Virus record (IMG/VR): IMGVR_UViG_3300045988_076101
Source of the DNA: a virus
Strand: one strand, 5' to 3'
Length of the DNA stretch: 36,921 nt
The notes under the pieces were generated by a model that saw only the letters and a program-made list of their open reading frames with translations, was not told the DNA's origin and did no database searches. Shown piece by piece: positions 12,110 through 19,586 of this stretch. The translations under genes were made by a program, and so were the position numbers. The stretch's first letter is position 1, and each line of letters opens with the position of its first letter.

Positions 12110-12868
12110 ATGGCTACAGGCGCATTATGCCGAAAGCCCGGATACTGGGCAGTCCTTCCCGCAAGGGTACGGTATGACGAAGAGCTGCGCCCCAATGCGA
12201 AGCTCATTTATGCAGAGATCACGGCGCTTGCGGACAGCACCGGTTTTTGCTGGGCGACAAACAAGTACCTGAGCGAGCTTTTCGGGCTGTCCAAGAAGAC
12301 CGTCAGTGATCTGATCGGGACGCTTGAGAAAAAAGGCTACATACAGATCGAGGTCGTTCGCGACGAAAAAGGCGCGGTTTCAGACCGAAAAATCTACGTC
12401 GACCGCGTGAGTGTCGTAGTGCCTGACCCTATCCCTAAAAATGGGGATAGGTATCCCCAAAATAACGGATACCCTATCCCCAAAAATGGGGAAGAGAATA
12501 ATATATATATTAACAATAACCCCCCTATATCCCCCCAGAGGGATGATGTGTGTGTTTCTGAACCGAAGCATAAGCCGGAGCGCTTCACCAAGCTCTGGAG
12601 CTTCTACCCGCACTCCAAGCGCGGCAGCAAGCAGCGGGCTATGAGGGCATGGGACAAGCTCAAACCATCGGACGAGCTGATCGACACCATCGCCAAGGCG
12701 CTCTTGCGGCAGCTCCGGACGGACGAATGGAGCCGCGGCATAGGGGTGCCGCACCTCAGCTCCTACCTCAACGGGCGGCTCTGGCTCGACGCCGAGGAGA
12801 TCGACGAGGCGGAGCCTGCGGCGATGTTCGAGACTGACGACGTGGAGGTCTTGCCGTTATGGACGTGA
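12110..12868 (+). CDS. Replisome organiser / replication initiator-like protein (N-terminal winged-HTH, HTH_36-like)
   Basis: SD gaggagga upstream of ATG 12110. AKLIYAEITALADSTGFCWATNKYLSELFGLSKKTVSDLIGTLEKKGYIQIE. Directly upstream of and overlapping dnaB. Confidence 0.7.
   Translation: MATGALCRKPGYWAVLPARVRYDEELRPNAKLIYAEITALADSTGFCWATNKYLSELFGLSKKTVSDLIGTLEKKGYIQIEVVRDEKGAVSDRKIYVDRVSVVVPDPIPKNGDRYPQNNGYPIPKNGEENNIYINNNPPISPQRDDVCVSEPKHKPERFTKLWSFYPHSKRGSKQRAMRAWDKLKPSDELIDTIAKALLRQLRTDEWSRGIGVPHLSSYLNGRLWLDAEEIDEAEPAAMFETDDVEVLPLWT
12426..12520 (+). promoter_or_regulatory. Candidate origin of replication inside the organiser gene: two 22-bp iterons, one degenerate copy and an A/T-rich stretch
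   Basis: accctatccc(t/c)aaaaatgggga at 12426-12447 and 12471-12492. Partial copy gtatccccaaaataacgga at 12451-12469. gaagagaataatatatatattaacaataac at 12491-12520, in an otherwise GC-rich genome. Confidence 0.5.
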
Positions 12869-14214
12869 AGAACGACAAGACGCTGTACTCACAGCAGTCG
12901 CTGCTCGGTTCAATGCTTATCTCCCCGGAGATTTGCGGCGCGGTGTTCCAGCGCGTCAAGGCCGACGACTTCGGCGACAAGTGGTGCCGGGAAGCGTTCA
13001 AGCAGCTCCGGGTGATGTTCTTCGGCAATGAGCCCGTAGACCCGGCAGTATTGGCCAGCCGCCTCGGAGACGGCGCGACACAGTTCCTCGCCGATCTGAT
13101 GCGCATGACGCCGACCGCTGCGAACTGGGAAGCATACGCCGACATAGTCGAGGACTCCGGAAAGCTCCGGCAGCTTCAGGCCGTCGCGATGCAGATAGTT
13201 ACCTCCCCCGACCTCGACTGTGCGCGCAAGGCTCTGGCGCAGGTCGACCGGGTCGTTATCAAGCCCCGCATCCGCGTCGCGTCCTACTCGGACAGCCTCG
13301 GCCGCCTGCTTGATTATCTGGGCGACCCGACCCCGCCGCAGTACATAGACTGGGGCATCCCCACTATCAACGACACGGTGCAGGTCGCCGCCGGGGATTA
13401 CATGATCATCGGCGCTGACAGCTCCGTCGGCAAGACGGCGATAATGCTTCAGTTGGCACTCAACGCCGCAAAGAGCGGCAAGCGCGTCTGCATCTTCAGC
13501 CTTGAAACCACAGAGCGCAAGCTCCTGATGCGCAGCGTGGCGCAGAACACCGGTGTGAACTTCCAGGCGATGAAAAACAAGCGGCTGAGCAAGGACGACT
13601 ACTCCCGCATCATGGACTACGGCGAGAAAACCTCAAGGCTTGTCTGCGACGTTGCCGAAGCGTCCGGCGCGACTATCGACGATATCCGCGCCGTAGCCGT
13701 CGCGAACCGATACGACATCGTCATGCTGGACTATCTGCAAATCGCCAACGCTGAGGGCGGTTCCCGCCCGGAGATAGTCACGAACATCTCCATACAGCTC
13801 CGTACACTGGCGCAGTCCCTCGGTGTAACGGTTGTCGCTTTGTCGCAGCTGACCCCGCCGGACAACCAAGCGAAGTTACGCAACGCGCCGATCATCCCGA
13901 ATGTCGAGATGCTGCGAGAGTCCCGGCAGCTCAAACAGGACGCCGACATAATTCTGCTCATGGGGCTGGTCAAGCCCGGCGACCGCGCCAGCGATCGTAT
14001 CGTCGTGATCGACAAGAATAAGGACGGCCCCTGCGGTCAGCTATACCTCAGCTTCGACCCCGCGCACATGCGGTTTGACCCCGTGTCTGACGCAACGTCG
14101 AGGAAGTACTGGGAAGCCCAGCAAAAGGCGCTCAAGGCCGCAGCACTCAAAAAACGAGCCGGACAGATCACGTTTGAAGAGCTGCCGGACAACGGCGACG
14201 AGCTCCCGTTTTAG
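12859..14214 (+). CDS. dnaB: Replicative DNA helicase, DnaB family
   Basis: 451 aa. Walker A GADSSVGKTA, then LDYLQI, then the RESRQLKQDADIILL motif pattern of the DnaB C-terminal domain. Confidence 0.9.
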   Translation: MDVKNDKTLYSQQSLLGSMLISPEICGAVFQRVKADDFGDKWCREAFKQLRVMFFGNEPVDPAVLASRLGDGATQFLADLMRMTPTAANWEAYADIVEDSGKLRQLQAVAMQIVTSPDLDCARKALAQVDRVVIKPRIRVASYSDSLGRLLDYLGDPTPPQYIDWGIPTINDTVQVAAGDYMIIGADSSVGKTAIMLQLALNAAKSGKRVCIFSLETTERKLLMRSVAQNTGVNFQAMKNKRLSKDDYSRIMDYGEKTSRLVCDVAEASGATIDDIRAVAVANRYDIVMLDYLQIANAEGGSRPEIVTNISIQLRTLAQSLGVTVVALSQLTPPDNQAKLRNAPIIPNVEMLRESRQLKQDADIILLMGLVKPGDRASDRIVVIDKNKDGPCGQLYLSFDPAHMRFDPVSDATSRKYWEAQQKALKAAALKKRAGQITFEELPDNGDELPF

Positions 14215-14227
14215 GAGGTGAGGCACG

Positions 14228-14419
14228 ACGAAGATCGGAGACAAGATTCGGTTTATCCCCTCAGCATGGACACAGTTCAGCGACGTAAGTTCCCTCAGCT
14301 CCTACGGCGTCAAGGGTGACGTCGAGGGCGAGATCGTCGAGATCAACTGGGCGCACCGGTGGTACAGAGCACGGTACCAGGCGGGCGGCGCGACACTTTA
14401 CGAGTCATTCAAATTTTAA
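14228..14419 (+). CDS. Probable small protein (..KIGDKIRFIPSAW...YESFKF) lacking any canonical start codon; ACG at 14228 sits where ATG is expected
   Basis: The frame is open over 14222-14416 and has GC3-rich, coding-like codons. Strong SD aggaggtg at 14213-14220. It fills the 234-nt gap between dnaB and parA. No ATG, GTG, TTG or CTG occurs in frame. Confidence 0.4.
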   Translation, partial: TKIGDKIRFIPSAWTQFSDVSSLSSYGVKGDVEGEIVEINWAHRWYRARYQAGGATLYESFKF

Positions 14420-14448
14420 GCAAAATCAGAGTCTGGAGGACCACAACG

Positions 14449-15180
14449 ATGAGAACAACCGCGATAATCAACCTCAAGGGCGGCGTCGCAAAGACGACGA
14501 CAGCCCTGAACATGGCCGCGATACTGGCCAAGGACTACAAGCAGCGCGTCCTGTTAGTGGACGCGGACAGCCAATGCAACTGCACCGAGTTTTTCCAGCG
14601 CGACGCGGTGCACCCCGGCACCCTCGCCGATATGCTGCGCGGCCTCGCGCCGTGCATCGAGCACAGCCGTTTTGACGGCGTCGACCTCCTTCCGGGAGAC
14701 GACAGCCTGATGGACCTCGACCTGACGAAGATCGAGACCGGCAGCGCCTCCGCCGTGTGCCTGCGTGAGCTGACCGCGGAGCTGGGCGACAGGTACGACC
14801 GGATGATCATCGACTGCCCGCCGGCGTTCAATGCGGCTTCTGCCGCGGCGCTGGTGGCGGCGGACGAGGTCATCATCCCGATCAAACTCGATGCGTTCAG
14901 CCTGCGCGGGATGGCGAACATCATGCAGCAGGTCAGCAACATGCGCAAGATCAACGACAGCCTCACCGTTGCCGGCATACTGCCGACGATGTGGTACAAG
15001 TCAGACAACATCATTGAGGCCGAGAAGATGCTGCGCGAGTTCGGGCTCCCGGTGCTGCCGCATGTTCGGCGCACGAACAAGGTCGACGACATGACCTTTG
15101 CACAGGAGCCGCTTGTTATCAGCTCGCCGAAGAGTGCGGCGGGCGTCGATTACCGCCGCGTCGTCGCGGCGCTGATGTGA
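14449..15180 (+). CDS. parA: ParA/Soj-type partition ATPase
   Basis: SD tggagga upstream of ATG 14449. Deviant Walker A IINLKGGVAKTTTALN, then VLLVDADSQCN. Confidence 0.85.
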   Translation: MRTTAIINLKGGVAKTTTALNMAAILAKDYKQRVLLVDADSQCNCTEFFQRDAVHPGTLADMLRGLAPCIEHSRFDGVDLLPGDDSLMDLDLTKIETGSASAVCLRELTAELGDRYDRMIIDCPPAFNAASAAALVAADEVIIPIKLDAFSLRGMANIMQQVSNMRKINDSLTVAGILPTMWYKSDNIIEAEKMLREFGLPVLPHVRRTNKVDDMTFAQEPLVISSPKSAAGVDYRRVVAALM

Positions 15181-15192
15181 GGAGGTGCGGTC

Positions 15193-16659
15193 ATGGGATT
15201 CGATTTAGCATCGGTGCTCAAGAATGTGCCCGATTCGGGCACAAATGACGGCCGTGAGCGCATCGAGTACATAGGGCTCGACAAGCTGCACGACGACCCG
15301 AATAACTTCTACTCCCTCGACGGCATCGAGGAGCTTGCCGAAAACATCGAGTTTGCGGGGCTCCAGCAGCCCGTCCGCGTCCGCCGCGATGCGGAGCACA
15401 GCGGCGAGTACATCATCGTCAGCGGCCACCGCCGCACGGCGGCGATGCGCAAGATTGTCGAGGACGGCAACAAGGCCTTTGAGACGGTGCCCTGCATCGT
15501 CGAGGCCGAGGGCGGCAGCGAGGCGCTGCGCGAGCTGCGCCTGATCTATGCCAACTCCGACACCCGCCGGATGTCCTCCGCTGATATCTCGAAGCAGGCC
15601 GAGCGCGTCGAGGCGCTGCTCTACCAGCTCAAGGAGGAGGGCGTTGAGTTCCCCGGCAGGATGCGCGACCACGTCGCCGAGGCCTGCAAGGTGAGCAAGT
15701 CGAAACTGTCCCGCCTGAAGGTGATCCGCGACAAGCTCGCGCCGGACATTTACGCCGGGTACTATGAAAAGGGCAAGCTGCCAGAGGACACGGCCTATAC
15801 GCTCGCTAAGCTTCCGGTCGGCGTCCAGCGTGACATTGTTGACCGCGCGACGCGGGATGGGCGGCAAAACATCCAGTATCTTTACGCGGCCAAAGTCGAA
15901 GATCAGGGCAAGGACATCGCGCGTTTCAGCAAAATGGCCTGCCGCTGCGAGCAGGGCGGAATCTGTATCAATGTTCCAAACCTGATGGATAAACTCTATG
16001 ACACTCGCGGATGGCGAGGAGATACTCACTGCGGCTCCGGCTGCTGCTACGACTGCGATGAGCTTGCGACCTGCTCAAAATGCTGCTCACGCATGGCGGC
16101 AGTCAAGGCGCAGAGAAAAGCCGAGATAAAAGAGGCCAAAGCCGCGGAAACTGCGGCACAGGCCGAACGCGACATGCCAAAGGTCGACGCGCTGAGGCTC
16201 CTCTGGAACCGGATGGGCGAGGCCTGCAAACGGGCAGGCGTTGATTATACTGAGGTCTGCTCCGAGGCCGACATTTACTCCCCGTTGCCGCCCAAGGACG
16301 CGACCGCGCTGCTTAACGGCGCTGGCAAGCTTGAGGTCAGCTGCCGCCCACCGTTCGGCTACGTCGTGAGCCTCCGTGATATCAAAGTTCTCGTCAAGCT
16401 GGCCGATCTGCTCGGCTGCTCGCTGGATTATCTCTTCGGCCGCGATGTGCCCGAATCGGGCACCGGCACGGCGGAGCCGAAGTGGCAGACCGGGGAGCCG
16501 CCGGAGGATGGCGAGTACGTTGTCTGGGCTGAAAGTCCGGACGAGGAAGCAGGATATACAGATATATCCGTTTATGAAAATGGCAGCTGGTGCGGCTACG
16601 GTTCCGCTGGGAATGCATATAGGGTCGTCGGCTGGTGGCCGATACCGCCGGAAGTGTAA
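15193..16659 (+). CDS. parB: ParB-like multi-domain protein (ParB/Srx N-terminal domain, HTH, Cys-rich cluster, XRE-like helix fragment, DUF551-like C-terminus)
   Basis: IIVSGHRRTAAM (GxRR box). CRCEQGGICINV...HCGSGCCYDCDELATCSKCC. LADLLGCSLDYLFGRD. The C-terminal YVVWAES...VVGWWPIPPEV. Confidence 0.75.
   Translation: MGFDLASVLKNVPDSGTNDGRERIEYIGLDKLHDDPNNFYSLDGIEELAENIEFAGLQQPVRVRRDAEHSGEYIIVSGHRRTAAMRKIVEDGNKAFETVPCIVEAEGGSEALRELRLIYANSDTRRMSSADISKQAERVEALLYQLKEEGVEFPGRMRDHVAEACKVSKSKLSRLKVIRDKLAPDIYAGYYEKGKLPEDTAYTLAKLPVGVQRDIVDRATRDGRQNIQYLYAAKVEDQGKDIARFSKMACRCEQGGICINVPNLMDKLYDTRGWRGDTHCGSGCCYDCDELATCSKCCSRMAAVKAQRKAEIKEAKAAETAAQAERDMPKVDALRLLWNRMGEACKRAGVDYTEVCSEADIYSPLPPKDATALLNGAGKLEVSCRPPFGYVVSLRDIKVLVKLADLLGCSLDYLFGRDVPESGTGTAEPKWQTGEPPEDGEYVVWAESPDEEAGYTDISVYENGSWCGYGSAGNAYRVVGWWPIPPEV
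15225..15243. repeat. Palindrome family copy 4 (tGTGCCCGATTCGGGCACa), inside parB codons (..NVPDSGTN..)
   Basis: Read directly. Confidence 0.85.
16447..16463. repeat. Palindrome family copy 5 (GTGCCCGAATCGGGCAC), inside parB codons (..DVPESGTG..)
   Basis: Read directly. Same reading phase relative to the palindrome as copy 4. Confidence 0.85.
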
Positions 16660-16673
16660 AAGGAGGGTGGAAG

Positions 16674-16907
16674 ATGGGGTATCATCCACTCCTTGACGAG
16701 TGCCTTAAAGGGGCTCAGCGGGTAATTAAGGCCAAAGGTGACATTAAATTCGAGGGAATGCTGTACAGACAGCATCGGCTCAAGGTTCCTGAGAGCGTTG
16801 TGCGAGGATATGAGGAGCTCCTTAAGTATGAGCTTTTGTCACTATCGATAATACTCGACAAATGGGTTGAGCAAGGTGCGCCGATTGAGGAGAAAGACAA
16901 TGGCTGA
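16674..16907 (+). CDS. Hypothetical protein (77 aa)
   Basis: SD aaggaggg upstream of ATG 16674. Confidence 0.5.
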   Translation: MGYHPLLDECLKGAQRVIKAKGDIKFEGMLYRQHRLKVPESVVRGYEELLKYELLSLSIILDKWVEQGAPIEEKDNG

Positions 16908-17076
16908 GTATGTGAAGAGGATTGACATGATTAAGAGATACTCGATATCTATAGCGGACGGCGGTTCCGTCGTTCTGGACTCTATTGAAATTGTCCTGAG
17001 AACCAGCGACGCGCCTGTCTGCTGCTTGGACGGGCTGTGTAAGATCGTGAAGGTTTGGCCGCTCGATGAGCTGTGA
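16900..17076 (+). CDS. Hypothetical protein (58 aa)
   Basis: ATG 16900 overlaps the upstream stop (ATGGCTGA). SD gaggag. Confidence 0.45.
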   Translation: MAEYVKRIDMIKRYSISIADGGSVVLDSIEIVLRTSDAPVCCLDGLCKIVKVWPLDEL

Positions 17077-17332
17077 TAACTGTCTATGCCGCACCTGCAT
17101 TTTCTCCTGCGAACTGTCCTACTCCCGCGATCCTGACGAGTTCGACGCAATAGATGATATCTGCTTTACGTGCGACGAGTGCCGCTGGTGGCACGGTGCC
17201 GATTCCCGGTATCGCATCCAGACCCGCTGCGAGTGCGAACGGTACCGGGAATCACGGCGGGCAGTCGAGCGGCGGGCAGAGGCCGCACGGAAGAAATTCA
17301 CGATAATAAACGGAGGAAAAATCAATGGATGA
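17066..17332 (+). CDS. Cys-rich hypothetical protein (CDNCLCRTC...CFTCDEC...CEC)
   Basis: ORF overlapping both neighbours. It has 10 Cys residues in CxxC-like arrangements. Confidence 0.5.
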   Translation: MSCDNCLCRTCIFSCELSYSRDPDEFDAIDDICFTCDECRWWHGADSRYRIQTRCECERYRESRRAVERRAEAARKKFTIINGGKING

Positions 17333-17672
17333 ATACATCACCAAGAAAGAGGCGCTTCGCGTAATATCCGACGTCTTTTTTGAAACCGCCCCCGACGGCA
17401 CCGATCAACTCGTTGTACTCAAGTGCTCACGAGCCGTGCGCGCTCTACCGGCAGTAAGCAGAGTGCTTAACGATCCTCACAAGATAGACCTGACCGGCTT
17501 GACTCCGGACGCGCCGATCTTAATCCGTTATCCCCTCATCGCTCCTTACGCCCCGTGCATCATGGAGTGCAAGGCCTACATTTCCGGCCTTGAGGTCAAC
17601 GCTGGGGAAAAGACGTTATCATTGACATTCGACGTCCTTAACTCGGAGAAGAAAGATGGCAAACTGTCCTAA
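17325..17672 (+). CDS. Hypothetical protein (115 aa)
   Basis: SD cggagga upstream of ATG 17325. Confidence 0.5.
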   Translation: MDEYITKKEALRVISDVFFETAPDGTDQLVVLKCSRAVRALPAVSRVLNDPHKIDLTGLTPDAPILIRYPLIAPYAPCIMECKAYISGLEVNAGEKTLSLTFDVLNSEKKDGKLS

Positions 17673-17874
17673 CTGCGGCGCACCGCTGCCGTTGTCGAGC
17701 TCAGCTCGATGCGAATACTGCGGTTCCTCGGTGCTGCCGGACGCTTCGGTTTCGGCTGATGCTGTAAGGATCCAGCTCCTTGCTATAGAAGTCGCCCGCA
17801 TGAGGTTTGCCGACGCACAGGCTAAACTGCTCCGAGATATCTCGAATCGCCCAAGGAGGAATACCTTTGAGTAA
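17656..17874 (+). CDS. Zinc-ribbon protein (CPNCG...CEYCG)
   Basis: MANCPNCGAPLPLSSSARCEYCGSSV at the N-terminus. Overlaps the upstream gene. Confidence 0.5.
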   Translation: MANCPNCGAPLPLSSSARCEYCGSSVLPDASVSADAVRIQLLAIEVARMRFADAQAKLLRDISNRPRRNTFE

Positions 17875-17998
17875 AAGCGGATTGCTCGCCCGGCAGGAGG
17901 CCGCGCTCAAGGCGGCCTGCGGTAAGTATTACTCGCCTCGCGAGGTGCGGTATGATATCAAGATCGTCACGCGAGACGGTAAGCAGCACAAATTGTGA
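17867..17998 (+). CDS. Possible 43-aa protein (TTG start)
   Basis: SD aaggagga 6 nt upstream of TTG 17867, in frame with track ORF 17807..17998. Confidence 0.3.
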   Translation: MSKSGLLARQEAALKAACGKYYSPREVRYDIKIVTRDGKQHKL

Positions 17999-18015
17999 TA
18001 AGGAGGCCGTTAACA

Positions 18016-18258
18016 ATGCTTTGTCCATTTAAGCGCGTAACCACCCGCCGCGACTTCGGCCAGACTAATGGTCAGGCCTTTGGCCTTTGCAGTGCAGACA
18101 ACTGCATGGCCTACTATGTTAAAAACGAGTACGACACCAAGCCGCCGTTTTCGGTAATTGGCAGCCGTCCCGCTTGCCGGCTCATAGAGCATCCGTATGC
18201 CGCACCGATAGCGTACTGCTCCATGTTCGCCCCGGACGACGAATGGACGAAAAAATGA
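18016..18258 (+). CDS. Hypothetical protein (80 aa)
   Basis: SD taaggagg upstream of ATG 18016. Confidence 0.5.
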   Translation: MLCPFKRVTTRRDFGQTNGQAFGLCSADNCMAYYVKNEYDTKPPFSVIGSRPACRLIEHPYAAPIAYCSMFAPDDEWTKK

Positions 18259-18509
18259 CACGGAAGAGATTCATCAAATTGCTGATGGCAAGGGGTGTCC
18301 CTCGAAATGCGGCTATCCGCACTGCGTCTGCTGTAGTCAAAATGCGGAGGTCTTACGAGTCTGCATGGGCTGTGCAGCTGTTCGCTGATGAGGTATTTCA
18401 AGTTCTCTGCTCGACCTTTGATCAAGCAGTCGAGGCTTTTGGCGTGATCTGCGCCGCAGCTCTGCTCAACAAACGGCGCGTCGCAAAAGCACTTAAAGTG
18501 TCATTGTAA
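18255..18509 (+). CDS. Hypothetical protein (84 aa)
   Basis: ATG 18255 overlaps the upstream stop (ATGA). Confidence 0.45.
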   Translation: MTRKRFIKLLMARGVPRNAAIRTASAVVKMRRSYESAWAVQLFADEVFQVLCSTFDQAVEAFGVICAAALLNKRRVAKALKVSL

Positions 18510-18569
18510 AAATCTTAATTAAACATTGCGGTCTATGGCCATGGGGCAAAGGACGTCAGGAGTATGTAC

Positions 18570-19292
18570 ATGGCTTACCGCAAAAAGATCATATCGGCCG
18601 GGCCGCTGGTCAAGGAGATCATATATCCGTATCGCTCAGGCGGCAGCAGCTCAAACGGCCGGCGGCGCACCGGGACAAGCTCGGAAGCGCAGCGCCGGAT
18701 GAACGCTATCTATTCGTGGCAGAAACTTGAGCTGCTGCTCGCGGCGAACCTCGTCAAGGGCGACGTCGTCGGGTGCCTGACCTTCGACGACTATCACCTC
18801 CCGGAGACCCGCGAGCAGGTTCGGAATAAATTCAAGTGGTTTCTTGATAAGCTCCGGGCAGCGCGTGAGGAACGCGGACAGAATCTCGTCATGTTCTGGT
18901 CGATTGAGCATCTGCACGGCGAGGGGCGCTGGCATATTCACATAGCCTGTAACGCGACCGGTAACGACTACGAGGAAATACTTCGGCTATGGGGGCAGGG
19001 CGAGTGTGAGTTCAACGCGCTGCGCGTCGATAAGAAAAAGAACTATGAGACCTTGGCCCGGTACATGGCCAAGGAGGAACGGGACAAGATAGGGCAGCGC
19101 TCTTGGAGCTACACCCGCAACGCTAAGAAGCCGGAAGTCGAGAGCTTCTCCGTGCGGGAGTTCACGCCGCTGCGCGTGCCGAAGGACACGACAGTGTTCG
19201 AGGACGTCCGCAGCCGCGGCGAATGGCAGTACATCAAATACGCTTATAACAACGCGCTTAAGGTTCGGCGGCACCGCAGACGCCGGTCGTAG
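18570..19292 (+). CDS. HUH-superfamily rolling-circle replication initiator-like protein
   Basis: SD aggag 7 nt upstream of ATG 18570. Motif 1 VVGCLTFDD, motif 2 GRWHIHIACN (H-u-H) and motif 3 TLARYMAKE (Y..K), in the canonical order and spacing. Confidence 0.55.
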   Translation: MAYRKKIISAGPLVKEIIYPYRSGGSSSNGRRRTGTSSEAQRRMNAIYSWQKLELLLAANLVKGDVVGCLTFDDYHLPETREQVRNKFKWFLDKLRAAREERGQNLVMFWSIEHLHGEGRWHIHIACNATGNDYEEILRLWGQGECEFNALRVDKKKNYETLARYMAKEERDKIGQRSWSYTRNAKKPEVESFSVREFTPLRVPKDTTVFEDVRSRGEWQYIKYAYNNALKVRRHRRRRS

Positions 19293-19295
19293 ATT

Positions 19296-19312
19296 GTGCC
19301 CGATTCGGGCAC
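19296..19312. repeat. Palindrome family copy 6 (GTGCCCGATTCGGGCAC)
   Basis: Starts 4 nt after the TAG of the Rep-like gene. Confidence 0.85.
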
Positions 19313-19385
19313 CGGAAAATCTTTTTTATAAATTTTTTCTGGCTTGAAACCTATGTTATTAAAAGGAAAGGAGTGCTGAAAAGTA

Positions 19386-19586
19386 TTGCAATCTCAAAGC
19401 TTTTCTGATAAACTAACAGTGAAAGACGGGTTCCTCCAGTGCCCGACCTGCCGCGGCAACAAAAAGCTGCTTAAGATCGAGCCGGACACGACGGCGACTA
19501 ATCTGGTCGTCTTCTGCCGTTTCTGTAAAACCGAACATCGGATCGACATCAGTCGGGGCCAGTGCTTTGAGAGCCGGGGCCAGTGA
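19386..19586 (+). CDS. Cys-rich KTR-family-like zinc-ribbon protein (non-ATG start: TTG 19386 or GTG 19419)
   Basis: LQCPTCRGNKKLLKIEPDTTATNLVVFCRFCKTEHRIDI fits CPxC..K..KI..DT...N....C..CK.E..I. No in-frame ATG. Confidence 0.5.
   Translation: MQSQSFSDKLTVKDGFLQCPTCRGNKKLLKIEPDTTATNLVVFCRFCKTEHRIDISRGQCFESRGQ

Noticed and set aside
14359-14448. N-terminal extension of parA (track ORF 14359..15180) and the overlapping ORF 14316..14675.
   Set aside because: - The extension has no SD and is Arg-rich.
- ATG 14449 has a good SD (tggagga) and places the Walker A box at the usual distance from the N-terminus.
- 14316..14675 is an alternative-frame shadow.
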